Shown here: piece by piece, positions 19,173 through 28,869 of the stretch | How the letters are laid out: the number at the start of each line of letters is the position of its first letter | How positions within the stretch are numbered: the stretch's first letter is position 1 | Assembly: GCA_046293175.1 (NCBI GenBank) | Contig: JBKBPM010000001.1 | Span: 363,446-427,445 of the forward strand | Length of the DNA: 64,000 bases | Source of the DNA: Minisyncoccia bacterium | Lineage (GTDB): Bacteria > Patescibacteriota > Minisyncoccia > Phycocordibacterales > UBA918 | Reading direction: 5' to 3' | Position numbers and translations under genes: made by a program | Notes under the pieces: generated by a model | Databases searched by the model: none | Seen by the model: only the letters and a program-made list of their open reading frames with translations | Told to the model about the DNA's origin: nothing

Positions 19173-20327
19173 TTAGAACACTGGGGTTGCTACGTATGTC
19201 AGCGTAGCGGTATAGTCGTTCCCCGCTTCCTGGAGCGGAGAAATTTCAACTTTGTAACCTACGCGGGTACTACCAACATTTGGAGTGGTCCCGTCTGAAG
19301 GTCCATTGTGTCGAAATACTTCAACTGGTGTGGTTGATGCAGACACAAACAGTTGCCCGGTTGTGCTTGCAGCAAATGGATCCGTCAAAGCATCGGTGAG
19401 TGAAGAGTCTTCTGTGGTTATACCCCAGTGACCCCACGTATTCTCATCGCTGATTGAACCGGTTGGCGGTTGCCACGCCACTGGCGTGTTAGTGTACGCA
19501 CCATCGATAAATCCATCAATATCAGCACCAGTTGAAGAGAGCAACTGCTGATCAACTTGCACAGTTACGGCAAAACCGTAGCTCGCATTTGTTGACACAG
19601 ACAATTGCTGAGCTGATGTCGTGGCTGTACCCTGTGTCAAAACACCAAATGGAATTGATGTGGCAGAGGTTGAGCCAGTAATTGCTTCTTGGTTAACTGT
19701 TCCAGTAGCGACACCGCTTACGGTAAATGTAAAGCTAGTATCAACTGCAGCAGTAACAACGACTGGTGAGATGATAGCTACTCGAGTAGTTCCACTATCC
19801 GCTGAACCCGCAGTAATGTCGATTTCGTATGAACCGACAGCTGGGTTGGTCAGCTGAGCATTACCAGTGGCACCAAAAGTGGCATTGGTTCCGATCTGGA
19901 TAGTAGTTGTACCGTTGGCCGGCAACGAAGCACCATCACCAGCACAGAACTCGAGGGTAATGGTGTTGGTACTTGTTGAAAAACCAACCTCATCAGTGCC
20001 TCCACATCCTGCACCAATAGACAAATCTGTACCGTCATCAGTGATGTCGACGTCATCAAATGCGACTGCTCCAAGAGCGAACGGCCCGTTAGAGAAATCG
20101 ATGACAATTGATTCACCGTTTGCAACACCAGAAGGTGTAACAAAGCTGATGGTGTGATTTGATGGCACACTCGGAGCTGAATCCGAGAGCGTATCACTTA
20201 CTAATCTGACATTTGCGGCCTCCGCAAAGCGGAACGTTGGTAGACCCAAAGACCATAACAAGATGGCGAGTCCAACAACAGAAGCCAGTGCTTGGAGTAG
20301 TCCGAACGTTGAATTCGTTCTACTCAT
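19173..20327 (-). CDS. Secreted two-domain putative major fibre subunit (WxL/pilin-like C-domain), paralog of 59876-60997
   Basis: Signal peptide ending AEAA; SDTLSDSAP...SNHTISF; LLSSTGADIDGF, DENTWGHWG, ISPLQEAGNDYTATLTYVATPVF; start moved to MSRTNS. Confidence 0.85.
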   Translation of the reverse strand: MSRTNSTFGLLQALASVVGLAILLWSLGLPTFRFAEAANVRLVSDTLSDSAPSVPSNHTISFVTPSGVANGESIVIDFSNGPFALGAVAFDDVDITDDGTDLSIGAGCGGTDEVGFSTSTNTITLEFCAGDGASLPANGTTTIQIGTNATFGATGNAQLTNPAVGSYEIDITAGSADSGTTRVAIISPVVVTAAVDTSFTFTVSGVATGTVNQEAITGSTSATSIPFGVLTQGTATTSAQQLSVSTNASYGFAVTVQVDQQLLSSTGADIDGFIDGAYTNTPVAWQPPTGSISDENTWGHWGITTEDSSLTDALTDPFAASTTGQLFVSASTTPVEVFRHNGPSDGTTPNVGSTRVGYKVEISPLQEAGNDYTATLTYVATPVF

Positions 20328-20626
20328 GACTCTACATTGTATTAGCCAGGCACTACTGCGAGAGTTAGACAATGCAGTAACGTGACTCGCGACCGTCATC
20401 GTTCACAGTGTGGTCTCCACCCCACTTCTGTATAGACGAGCGACAGGCATACTAATGCTGTAACAGCGGCTGTTCTGTCCTAGCATACCATTGTGGTGGG
20501 AGCTAGCAGTATCATTAAAGAGATACCTCCAACATTAGTACTATTTCATTGTAGCCTGCTCCCCGAAACAAAAGAGAAACTTATACACAAAATTTATTTG
20601 GTTTGTCCCATTCAATTGAATATTGC

Positions 20627-21119
20627 TCAGTTAAGTAGGCTTTTACTTAATAAAAGCATCGTTGCTAACGTATAGATATTTAAACGTTCACCATTGGATT
20701 GCACCCACCAGGTATGTGCTGGTGACATATTTGTTTGATTTGACACATAATTTTTACCGCCTATAATCGCATTTGCATCTCTACTAACAAAATAAGTGTT
20801 TGGATCTATTCTTGTGGTTTTTGAATTTTCAAAATGTTTAATGTTTGTTACAAAATCTGCAACAATTTTTAAGTTCTTTGACCCTTCAGTTCTTGAAAAA
20901 ATTTTCTCAATGTTTTTATCATTACTGAATACTTTAATCCAATCTTTTAGATGATAAAGATAAAAAAATATATAAATAATCTTCTTGTTCAACTATAGGC
21001 ACTCCGTTTATCTGGTGAACATTTGACTCAACCTCTTTCACTTTCGTATGCCATCTTTTTACATGTTCCCACTGTTCCAAGTAGTCTTTTCCTTGAAATT
21101 GAGGTGTAAAACTTTGCAT
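20627..21119 (-). pseudogene. Frameshifted AT-rich gene, possibly HEPN-like
   Basis: ORF 21119-20934 (EQWEHVKRW...EDYLYIF) continues in ORF 20992-20627 (YHLKDWIK...IVADFVTNIKHF); frames switch at a T7 run (20962-20968); own TGtTAAAAT promoter. Confidence 0.65.
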
Positions 21120-21175
21120 ATAATGATTTTAACACCAAACTTCGAAATCTGGACTATTACATAGGTAGTATGAAA

Positions 21176-21276
21176 CAAAATGCTTGCTAGCAAGGCGCAC
21201 CAGTGATAAAGAACGAGCTATATTGTTATACGGTGATGATTCCGAACAATATGCAACAAAGCTAGGGAGGATTTTG
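21176..21276 (+). repeat. Structured intergenic element E1 (degenerate outer-module copy)
   Basis: caaaat..ctagc-aaggcgca...tgcaacaaa-gctag..attttg; shares the (a/g)aggcg...caacaaag junction with E5 and E6. Confidence 0.55.
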
Positions 21277-21284
21277 ATCGTAGC

Positions 21285-22391
21285 CTAACCGGTCCAGTTG
21301 AAAAGAAGAATAGAAAAGTCCTCCAACCCTACCCGCCCATTACTATTAATGTCAGCTGGTGGATTTGAGTCGCCACCGGCAGTCTGCCACCAGAAAATGA
21401 GAATAGAAAAGTCAGTGAGATTTACTTTACCATCGCGACTGAGGTCAGATGGGGAACTTGGTGCCCCATCAACTCCCAACAGAAGCTGTACAACGCTACT
21501 ATAGCCACTTTGTGTAAGCAACGGTGGTGTACCAGTAATCGAGCGTACTTTGATTGGATAGGTAGCATTTCGCATCGAAGCAGTGTTCAGGGTAAAGGTA
21601 TAGCGACCACTCGCATCACTCGTCGTACGCTCAGTACGGAGACTACTATTTCCCACTTGGATTTCAATTGTAGCACTCGGGACCGCTTGGCCAAAAATGG
21701 TGATCGTGCTACCTGGACTCACTTTAGTATTCGAGAGAATGAGAGTTGGTGGCAACAAAAGGCCACTCACGTTTGTTACCGCTCCTTGGGTCACATCAAA
21801 GGTACTATTGAGCGTGATTGATCTGACACCATTAGCATCGTTTGCCCACACTCCAAGTGTCGCTGTTCCAGGAGACGCTTTAGTAGAAAATTCAAACCGT
21901 CCTGAGCTATTGGCTCGTACCGAGCCAACCGACTTGGTATCAAGTAAAAAGTTTACTTGTTGGTTAGGGTAAGCGATACCAGTCACGCTGATTGACGCAT
22001 CACCCAAATCACGTGTACCTCCTCCTCCCCCACCACCACCTGAGGATCCACCACCACCTGAACCAGCCGGTTCAATTTGGCAGGTAGCCGAACAAAAGTC
22101 ACCGCCGGTATTGTTGGCGTCGTCACATTCTTCTGCATAAGTGGTCTGCAAAATACCATCGCCACAGTACGGTCCATAGTCACAAACGGCATTACACTGA
22201 CGACCGGCTATAGTGGTACTGTATAGCCCAATTTCACCAGGCACATCACACTGCTCACCAACATCCACTAGTGCATTACCACAGATACTGAGATCGATAG
22301 TAGTAGTCGCAGTTGAAATCGTCACCGCATGAGCATCGCCAGGAAAAGTTCCAAGTGAAGCAATTATGAGAAGGAAGGCTATCCACTGCAT
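21285..22391 (-). CDS. Secreted protein: Cys-rich DUF4215-like repeats, Gly linker, two Ig-like domains, C-terminal dockerin
   Basis: CGNALVDVGEQCD and CGDGILQ...EECDDAN...CSATC; tail DLSRDGKVNLTDFSIL...ADINSNGRVGLEDFSILLFNWTG. Confidence 0.85.
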   Translation of the reverse strand: MQWIAFLLIIASLGTFPGDAHAVTISTATTTIDLSICGNALVDVGEQCDVPGEIGLYSTTIAGRQCNAVCDYGPYCGDGILQTTYAEECDDANNTGGDFCSATCQIEPAGSGGGGSSGGGGGGGGTRDLGDASISVTGIAYPNQQVNFLLDTKSVGSVRANSSGRFEFSTKASPGTATLGVWANDANGVRSITLNSTFDVTQGAVTNVSGLLLPPTLILSNTKVSPGSTITIFGQAVPSATIEIQVGNSSLRTERTTSDASGRYTFTLNTASMRNATYPIKVRSITGTPPLLTQSGYSSVVQLLLGVDGAPSSPSDLSRDGKVNLTDFSILIFWWQTAGGDSNPPADINSNGRVGLEDFSILLFNWTG

Positions 22392-22396
22392 AGTTG

Positions 22397-23347
22397 TTAG
22401 CCTAAACGTCGCGACCGGCGATTGTGAATAAAATAAAGGATAACTATCAAGAGCGCAAAGATTGGGAGAAGGAGTGAGAGCTTATGAGCAATAGAAAGTC
22501 CCATAAAACCATAACCGGCAAGCTGCAAGGTACCATACGGCAAAATACTAAGGTTTAACTCACCTTCCTGTTTGACGTCTTCTTCATTCTTGATGGAGTA
22601 CCGCACCATATAGCTCCCAGCCGGTAGACGGGTTGGCAGCGAAGCATTAATCTCTTCAATGGCGTATGGAGCAATTTTTTTAAGTCTACCAGTGTTATGT
22701 GTCTCTTCGAGGAGTACTGCCCCAGCCCGATCATAAATACGAAACTCAACATCAGACGGTGCGACATCGACATTACCGGTGTTTTCAATCAACATTGCAA
22801 AATTAATTTTTCCGGGGAAGTAGAGCCATCCCACTTTCTTACCTTCATTGAGATCATTTACTGAAATCTTACGAACACGGAAATCTTTAATCACTTTATC
22901 AATCACAGAAAGATCAATATCTACTTGAGCACCAAGCGAAATACTTACCACACCCTCAGCTACTTGATCATCGGCGGAGAGAGTTCGAATACGAATCTTA
23001 CCGGTATAGTCTCCAAAATCAGCATCTGCTGGAACTTTGATGCGTACCGTCATTGGTACCTTCTGCTGACCACGTGGCAGCGGAATAGATTGTCCTTCTA
23101 CGATTTCAATCCAGTCTTGAATCTCCGGTGCATCAATAGTGACTTCGGCTTTGAGGTTATCGCTTGGGTTACCTCGTACCAAGAGGATTTGTTGTTCGTA
23201 AGTTGAGTTTCGAGTGAGACTGGTATTGCGAACATACGGTGGAGTAATACCAAAACTAGCATGACTTAAAGCTGGCCAAAAGACTAGGATTGCGACCACG
23301 CACAAAACAAAAGAACGAAACAAAAACGTTGGCAAAATTACCTTCAT
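22397..23347 (-). CDS. Divergent DUF916/DUF3324-like two-Ig protein with C-terminal TM
   Basis: Signal peptide ending SHA; FGITPPYV, IQDWIEI, VPADADFGDYTGKI, IENTGNVDVAP; TM plus RRSRR tail; start moved to MKVILP. Confidence 0.75.
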   Translation of the reverse strand: MKVILPTFLFRSFVLCVVAILVFWPALSHASFGITPPYVRNTSLTRNSTYEQQILLVRGNPSDNLKAEVTIDAPEIQDWIEIVEGQSIPLPRGQQKVPMTVRIKVPADADFGDYTGKIRIRTLSADDQVAEGVVSISLGAQVDIDLSVIDKVIKDFRVRKISVNDLNEGKKVGWLYFPGKINFAMLIENTGNVDVAPSDVEFRIYDRAGAVLLEETHNTGRLKKIAPYAIEEINASLPTRLPAGSYMVRYSIKNEEDVKQEGELNLSILPYGTLQLAGYGFMGLSIAHKLSLLLPIFALLIVILYFIHNRRSRRLG

Positions 23348-23439
23348 GCGATACAGACTATTATCGAAAATATCTGACAAAAAAGCAATAACCACTGTTA
23401 GGATAACAGTGGTTATTGAAGTCAATTATGGTCTGTTAT

Positions 23440-25317
23440 TTACCAAGCAGATGGTGTTGAGATAGCACCAGTGAATGTGTTCTGACCGGTATACGATCCT
23501 GCGAGTGTAATCGTACCTGGTACTGCAATACCCCAGTAGGTTGTTCCAGAAGTTGGAGTTGAGGTACTCGTTGGCTTTGGAATCTGAATTTGGAGCAAAG
23601 CCGGCGAGGTAGTGGCAGGAAGGGGTGATCCCGATGCGTAGGCAACTGCCGAGGTTGCATAGCGCTGCTGGTTTTGCGGGATAGTTGAGGTTGCAGAGAC
23701 GGGACAAAGACTACTGTTACTAAATGTTGTACACATAGACTCTCCACCGAGCAGCTGGTTGAGGCCAGTGTTACCAAGTACTCGCAGTGACGATGATGAA
23801 GTCAAGTTCGGCATGTTGGTACCTGGTTCGAGCTGATCGTACGCAATGGTACTCGTGAGAAGGTCAATCGCCACCAGACTAAGTAGCTCTACTGGGCTAG
23901 TGGTGGTAGCCATGGTACCCGTAGCAAAGTCATCGTCGACGCCTGCCACACCAGCACTCCAGGCTTGGGTATCAAATGGTGTACCAGAAACTGTTGGGTC
24001 GGCAATAAACCAAAGTGGGAAACTACATGAGTAGTTAATCGTGTCATCAGTAGCACCTGTACACGAAGTAGATGAAGCGGTACATGAGAGGTTCCAGACC
24101 GACGACGAGACACCACTTGGGTAACAGTTGTTGGGGTTGTAGCTACCGGCGGTACCGTTACAGGTAGTGGTACCGATAGAGCTGCGGAAGATAGATACAA
24201 CCGAGCCAATAATTTCATCAGCAGAACCGCCACCAACTGCATCACAACTATTGGCATCTGCAACCACAAAGTCAAGGGTAAAACCTGATGTTTGCGCCCC
24301 TGGAACGGTCAGTGCCATATCAAGACCACCATTAAGAGAGATGGTACTTCCTGAAATAGTTGGAGCAACGTTATTGACTGCAAAGGTGACATTTGTTCCT
24401 TGTGCTCCACCTACTGCCTCATGGCCATGTTCGTCATAAAGGTACCCAAAAGCATTATAGTTCGTGTCTTGGAGAATACTTGCCATTACCCGACTAGTTG
24501 TCGCATTAGCATAAGCGAGTGATATTGATGAAGACGCAACGGTGTCACCAGAGGCACAACTGTTTGTGGTAGTACTATAGGATGCACTGCCGCACACAAC
24601 AAGATAGAGAACATCTTCTGTGTCAACAACGTCTGGGTCAGTTGATGTGGATCGAAATAGCAGTGTACCGCCTGGGTCTACCGGTCCATCATTACTGAAG
24701 CCAGAAAATATTGGTCGACGGTTAACGTTAAATGGAGAAGAGTTAGTAGCGTTTGTTCCTTGTGAAAAAGTTGTACTACAACGTGGATTTACAGGATCAT
24801 CATCACATACCCAAGCATACCACTCGTTTGACTCAGAAAATAGACCTACTTCGTCAGTGGTGGTCGCGGCGCGAGCCTCTGTACCACTTGGAGTTCCTGT
24901 AGAGACAGCCCATCGGGTACCGGCACTACAAACTGGAGGTCGGGTACCAAGCGTTGAGGTTGATTGTTGTGCTGTTGGAGTCGCACTGGTACTACAAATA
25001 ATGAGGAAGTACGGTGCACCGTTAGCGTCTGTTGCTGTACCTACCCATGCTATCTGATCACCAGAGTTCGTCGGCGAAGTTGATGAGGAGCTTATCAACT
25101 CACGTGCTTCTTGACCGGCCACCCACGTTGGTGGGGTGTTTAGTACCGTTAGAGTGGTCGTCGCGGTGCTGGTCGCTTCAGCCTTTTCTAGTTCAGTTTT
25201 ACCAATGTTAAGAATAAATATAAAGGTAAAAATGAGCAGTCCTGATAACGCTGATAATACAGTGATCTTTCCTGCGGTCTCTACATACCGCGGAAGGTTA
25301 TTTTTGTTGTACAACAT
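23440..25317 (-). CDS. Secreted Cys/Thr-rich protein whose C-terminal two-domain module is homologous to the end of the 7450-aa protein
   Basis: ISLNGGLDMAL...IFRSSIG...NPNNCY...FIADPT and GNTGLN...QQRYATS...TYWGIAVP align with VALNNGFDISL...IYRSSVG...NNNNCY...FHAEAT and GNVAFD...QQKFATS...IYWGIEVP. Confidence 0.85.
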   Translation of the reverse strand: MLYNKNNLPRYVETAGKITVLSALSGLLIFTFIFILNIGKTELEKAEATSTATTTLTVLNTPPTWVAGQEARELISSSSTSPTNSGDQIAWVGTATDANGAPYFLIICSTSATPTAQQSTSTLGTRPPVCSAGTRWAVSTGTPSGTEARAATTTDEVGLFSESNEWYAWVCDDDPVNPRCSTTFSQGTNATNSSPFNVNRRPIFSGFSNDGPVDPGGTLLFRSTSTDPDVVDTEDVLYLVVCGSASYSTTTNSCASGDTVASSSISLAYANATTSRVMASILQDTNYNAFGYLYDEHGHEAVGGAQGTNVTFAVNNVAPTISGSTISLNGGLDMALTVPGAQTSGFTLDFVVADANSCDAVGGGSADEIIGSVVSIFRSSIGTTTCNGTAGSYNPNNCYPSGVSSSVWNLSCTASSTSCTGATDDTINYSCSFPLWFIADPTVSGTPFDTQAWSAGVAGVDDDFATGTMATTTSPVELLSLVAIDLLTSTIAYDQLEPGTNMPNLTSSSSLRVLGNTGLNQLLGGESMCTTFSNSSLCPVSATSTIPQNQQRYATSAVAYASGSPLPATTSPALLQIQIPKPTSTSTPTSGTTYWGIAVPGTITLAGSYTGQNTFTGAISTPSAW

Positions 25318-25430
25318 ACTAAATACTCTTATATTCTATAGGATACAAAGCAAAGTTATGCACTAGTTATGCACACCAGACAACCTTTACGACTTCTGGT
25401 GAGTTGTATGCTCACGCAATAATTTTCTAA

Positions 25431-25576
25431 AAGTACGAGGCGAGACCTCGTACTTACAAACGATTTTCTACTAAAGAGTTGCGAGCAGTAGCTGAGAGAC
25501 GTGGATTGGGCCATTAGGAATAGGCCCAACTCACGGAAATTCGCCATTGTCGGGCTAAAGCCCTCTGTGGCTTATT
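25431..25576 (+). repeat. Structured intergenic element E2
   Basis: Hairpin aagtacgagg/cctcgtactt; core cgtggattgggcc-attaggaata-ggcccaactcacg (25500-25535); terminal module ttcgcca...tggcttatt abutting the stop at 25577. Confidence 0.8.
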
Positions 25577-26785
25577 TCATTCATATCTGATGGCATCAAG
25601 TGGGTTGAGTGATGAAGCGCGGCGAGCTGGAAAAATACCAGTTAGGTATCCCACAGCTGCCGAAAAAAGCGCAATAAATACCAAAAAGCCAATTGGGAAT
25701 GAGAAGAGTTTTACAGCTTGACCACCAAATTGACCAGCAACAATATTAAGAAATAGATTAATAGTGACACCCAAGCCCACCCCCATCACAATTCCACTAA
25801 TACCACCAAGGAAGCCTACCACCACTGATTCAGATACGAAGAGGTATTTTACATCATTAGGTGATGCACCAATGGTGCGCATAATACCAATCTCCTTGGT
25901 ACGCTCAAGGAGTGTCACCGTCATGGTATTAAACATACCAATCGCGGACACAACCAAAGCAATACCACCAAAAGTGGCAAGGACAATCTGAATGCCTTGA
26001 AAGATCTTTGACGCTTGCTCTACAGTTTTTGAGAGCGCTGTTACACGGTACCCGGCCTCAATGAGCTTATTCTCTACTACCGGGAGGTTTTCATTCGTAT
26101 CAACACGCACCTGAATACGTTCAAACTCTTCAATGCCTACATAATTACGGAGTTCTGGTAACATCATCATGGCATTAAGGACACCCTCCTCTTTGGTGAT
26201 ACCACGGACGGTAAACTCTTTATTAATTACCACTTCGGTATTATTGTTCGTACCATCGTTTGCGGGAATCAAAATACGAAATGACACCTTCTCCCCCACA
26301 AAACTCGCTGGGTCTTCGACCCCGAAGAGCTTGAGGACTGCTGGTGAAATCATCACTGAGTTGGTGTCACCGGCATCAGCATCTGTGAATACTGTTCCTT
26401 CGGTAGCAGATACACCAGCATAGCGCAGATACGGTGGCTCCACGCCTTGAATAAAGACGTTACCGGTCAGTCCTTTGTAGGTCACGAGGGCGGGAAAGCG
26501 AGCCAAAGGTGCCGCATCAAGTACTTCAGGCATTTTTTCAAACTCAGCTACGGTGTCGGCGGTCAATTTAAGATTTTGAGCACCGGTGGCTGACACACCA
26601 AGAGACAACAGCGTCTCACCAAACACAATTTGTTCCAAGATGATTTGTTGGAGACCAAAGCCAAGACCCACGAGGATTACCACCGCTCCAGTCCCCACCC
26701 CCATACCCAAAATCGTCAACCAGGTACGGAGAGGGTTCGTTTTGAACATACGCGTAGAAAGCTGCGCTAGATCCTGCACTCGCAT
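25577..26785 (-). CDS. MacB/FtsX-family ABC transporter permease
   Basis: RTWLTILGMGVG; large extracytoplasmic domain; GMFNTMTVTLLERTKEIGIMRTIGAS; PARRASSLNPLDAIRYE; start moved to MRVQDL. Confidence 0.95.
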   Translation of the reverse strand: MRVQDLAQLSTRMFKTNPLRTWLTILGMGVGTGAVVILVGLGFGLQQIILEQIVFGETLLSLGVSATGAQNLKLTADTVAEFEKMPEVLDAAPLARFPALVTYKGLTGNVFIQGVEPPYLRYAGVSATEGTVFTDADAGDTNSVMISPAVLKLFGVEDPASFVGEKVSFRILIPANDGTNNNTEVVINKEFTVRGITKEEGVLNAMMMLPELRNYVGIEEFERIQVRVDTNENLPVVENKLIEAGYRVTALSKTVEQASKIFQGIQIVLATFGGIALVVSAIGMFNTMTVTLLERTKEIGIMRTIGASPNDVKYLFVSESVVVGFLGGISGIVMGVGLGVTINLFLNIVAGQFGGQAVKLFSFPIGFLVFIALFSAAVGYLTGIFPARRASSLNPLDAIRYE

Positions 26786-26880
26786 AGTACATCCATTATG
26801 ACACAACTCGTTACATGCATTGGGCAGATAACCCCACCTATTAAAGGTAAACTTTGTACTAGAGCACACTAGTTGATTTA

Positions 26881-27207
26881 AGATTCAAGGTGAGAAATGG
26901 GATGGGGTAAAGAATGATGGGTATCATTCTTTACGAGGTTGCCAGCTATTTTGATTAAAAATAGCGACAACCTGTACTGGTCATGTAATGACCCATTTCG
27001 TAAGACGTTGCCAGCTACTTTATGAGAGAAACGAAATAAAGTAGTGACAAGGTGTGCTACTCCTCTAAGGAGGTGAGAAATTTTGAATTGTTTTAAAATG
27101 CTACCTAAAGTAAGGTTGTGGTAACTGAGAGACGTGGACAAAGCCATTAGTAATAGGCTTTGCTCACGGAAATTCTCACTAGTCAGCTTACACCTCGTTT
27201 GTTTATT
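26881..27207 (+). repeat. Structured intergenic element E3 (nested modules)
   Basis: Starts agattcaaggtgagaaatggg; two ttgccagcta...tagygacaa modules (26937-26972, 27006-27052); core hairpin 27133-27168; abuts the stop at 27208. Confidence 0.8.
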
Positions 27208-28530
27208 TCAGCTTTTGTACGAGACATCAACCCCCTGCGCAATCAGCTTCTCAAAATAGCGCGTCATATCATCAGCCTCACTTTCTGAGAGAGCTAGACC
27301 TTTACTTTTCACACCCTCCATAAGACGAGCGTTGAAGTCTTTCTCTTCTATCACTCCCGTCACACGATCGGCTACCAATTCAACTAGATTTGCATCTTGG
27401 TCTTTACTGAGTTTCATGCGATAGACTTCCAGGAGGTGGTCACGAAGACGTTCAGCTAATTTGTGTTGACTGAAAAATACGCCAGCGTTGTCCTTTTTGG
27501 CGCGGAAACGACGAATGTCATCTGATTGTTCAATTAGCTTTTCACTGCGTTTGGCCATATCCTTGGCCACGTTTTCAGGAATCTCTACTCCACCACGTTC
27601 AAGTGGTAAAACAAGAGCTTTGATAAATGCATCACGGTCAATTTTACCTTTGATAAAAAAGGCTACAGCCCGCTCAAGACGCTGAAGTTGATCAAACGTA
27701 TAGTCCTGAGTCAGGTAGTTTACGAGACTTTTTACACGGAGAGTTTCCACCGAGTCATACGGGAAGAGACGGGCCAGCTGTTCGAGTTCAGTTACAATCG
27801 TCTCACCTTCTCGTACTGGTTTGATTTGTTTTCGCTGTGGGTTAACCACCTCACGAACAATTAAGCCATCTTTGAGATAGTACACCCGATGGGCGTAGGA
27901 GAGGTGGGCCGCGTTGTGGGATACCATAATAATTGTTCGACGATCAAATGTGTTAATTTCGTCAATCTTGTCCATCACTTGCTGTGTTGAAATTGAGTCG
28001 AGGTTACCAGTTGGTTCATCAGCAAGGAGAATTTTTGGGTCATTCACCATACTTCTGGCGACCGATACACGCTGCTGCTGACCCCCCGAAAGCATCGAAG
28101 GGATCTTATGAGAAACGTGACCCACTCCAAAGCGTTCAAGGAGCGATTGGGCACGTCGATTACGCGTCTGCTTGTCTGCATTACAGAAAATCATTGGCAA
28201 GGCGACGTTGTCGAGCACCGAAAGAGAACCAATCAAGTTGAAGGACTGGAAGATAATACCCATCACATAACGTTGAAAGTACACACGTTCCGAGGGTGGA
28301 TAGGAGTAGATATCGTCACCGCGAATGAGGAGTGTCCCATCACCGGGCGGGAGTGAACCTTGAATCGAATACATCAAGGTCGACTTACCAGAACCAGAAG
28401 CACCGAAGAGAATAATGTACTCGCCTTCATAGATATCCGTGTTCACGTTCTGGAGCGCACGAAATTCATTGGACTTGCCCTTATTATAAATAATCGACAA
28501 GTCACGGCACACAATGAGTGGTTTCGCCAT
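27208..28530 (-). CDS. LolD/MacB-type ABC ATP-binding protein with ~200-aa C-terminal extension
   Basis: Walker A GASGSGKST, LSGGQQQRV, LLADEPTGNLDS, VSHN; two helical repeats after the ATPase domain. Confidence 0.95.
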   Translation of the reverse strand: MAKPLIVCRDLSIIYNKGKSNEFRALQNVNTDIYEGEYIILFGASGSGKSTLMYSIQGSLPPGDGTLLIRGDDIYSYPPSERVYFQRYVMGIIFQSFNLIGSLSVLDNVALPMIFCNADKQTRNRRAQSLLERFGVGHVSHKIPSMLSGGQQQRVSVARSMVNDPKILLADEPTGNLDSISTQQVMDKIDEINTFDRRTIIMVSHNAAHLSYAHRVYYLKDGLIVREVVNPQRKQIKPVREGETIVTELEQLARLFPYDSVETLRVKSLVNYLTQDYTFDQLQRLERAVAFFIKGKIDRDAFIKALVLPLERGGVEIPENVAKDMAKRSEKLIEQSDDIRRFRAKKDNAGVFFSQHKLAERLRDHLLEVYRMKLSKDQDANLVELVADRVTGVIEEKDFNARLMEGVKSKGLALSESEADDMTRYFEKLIAQGVDVSYKS

Positions 28531-28656
28531 ACGTTTCTCTATTATGACATATCAGTACAAATGCAGTCGTCTCCCCTATCCCCATTAGTCTCCTCTTTAG
28601 GTTCTGAGAAATAAATGTAGTATGCAAGCGAAAGTAAGGTTTCAAAAATCAGTGTA

Positions 28657-28869
28657 ATTCGAGGTGAGAAATGGAAAGGGACCATTTCGCAAGGCTCATT
28701 TAGAATCTTTTGAGTGATAACAAATAAAGAGCCAAATGAGTGGACAGCCTCTGTAAGAGGGGCGAGGAAATTATTGCTGCAAGATTTGAGAGACATGGAC
28801 AAAGGCATTAGGAATAGCCTTTGCTCACGGAAACTCGCCATAGTCGGCTACGGCCTCGTTGGCTCATTC
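28657..28869 (+). repeat. Structured intergenic element E4
   Basis: attcgaggtgagaaatgg...ccatttcg; ctcattt...aaatgag module; core hairpin 28794-28829; abuts the stop at 28870. Confidence 0.8.
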
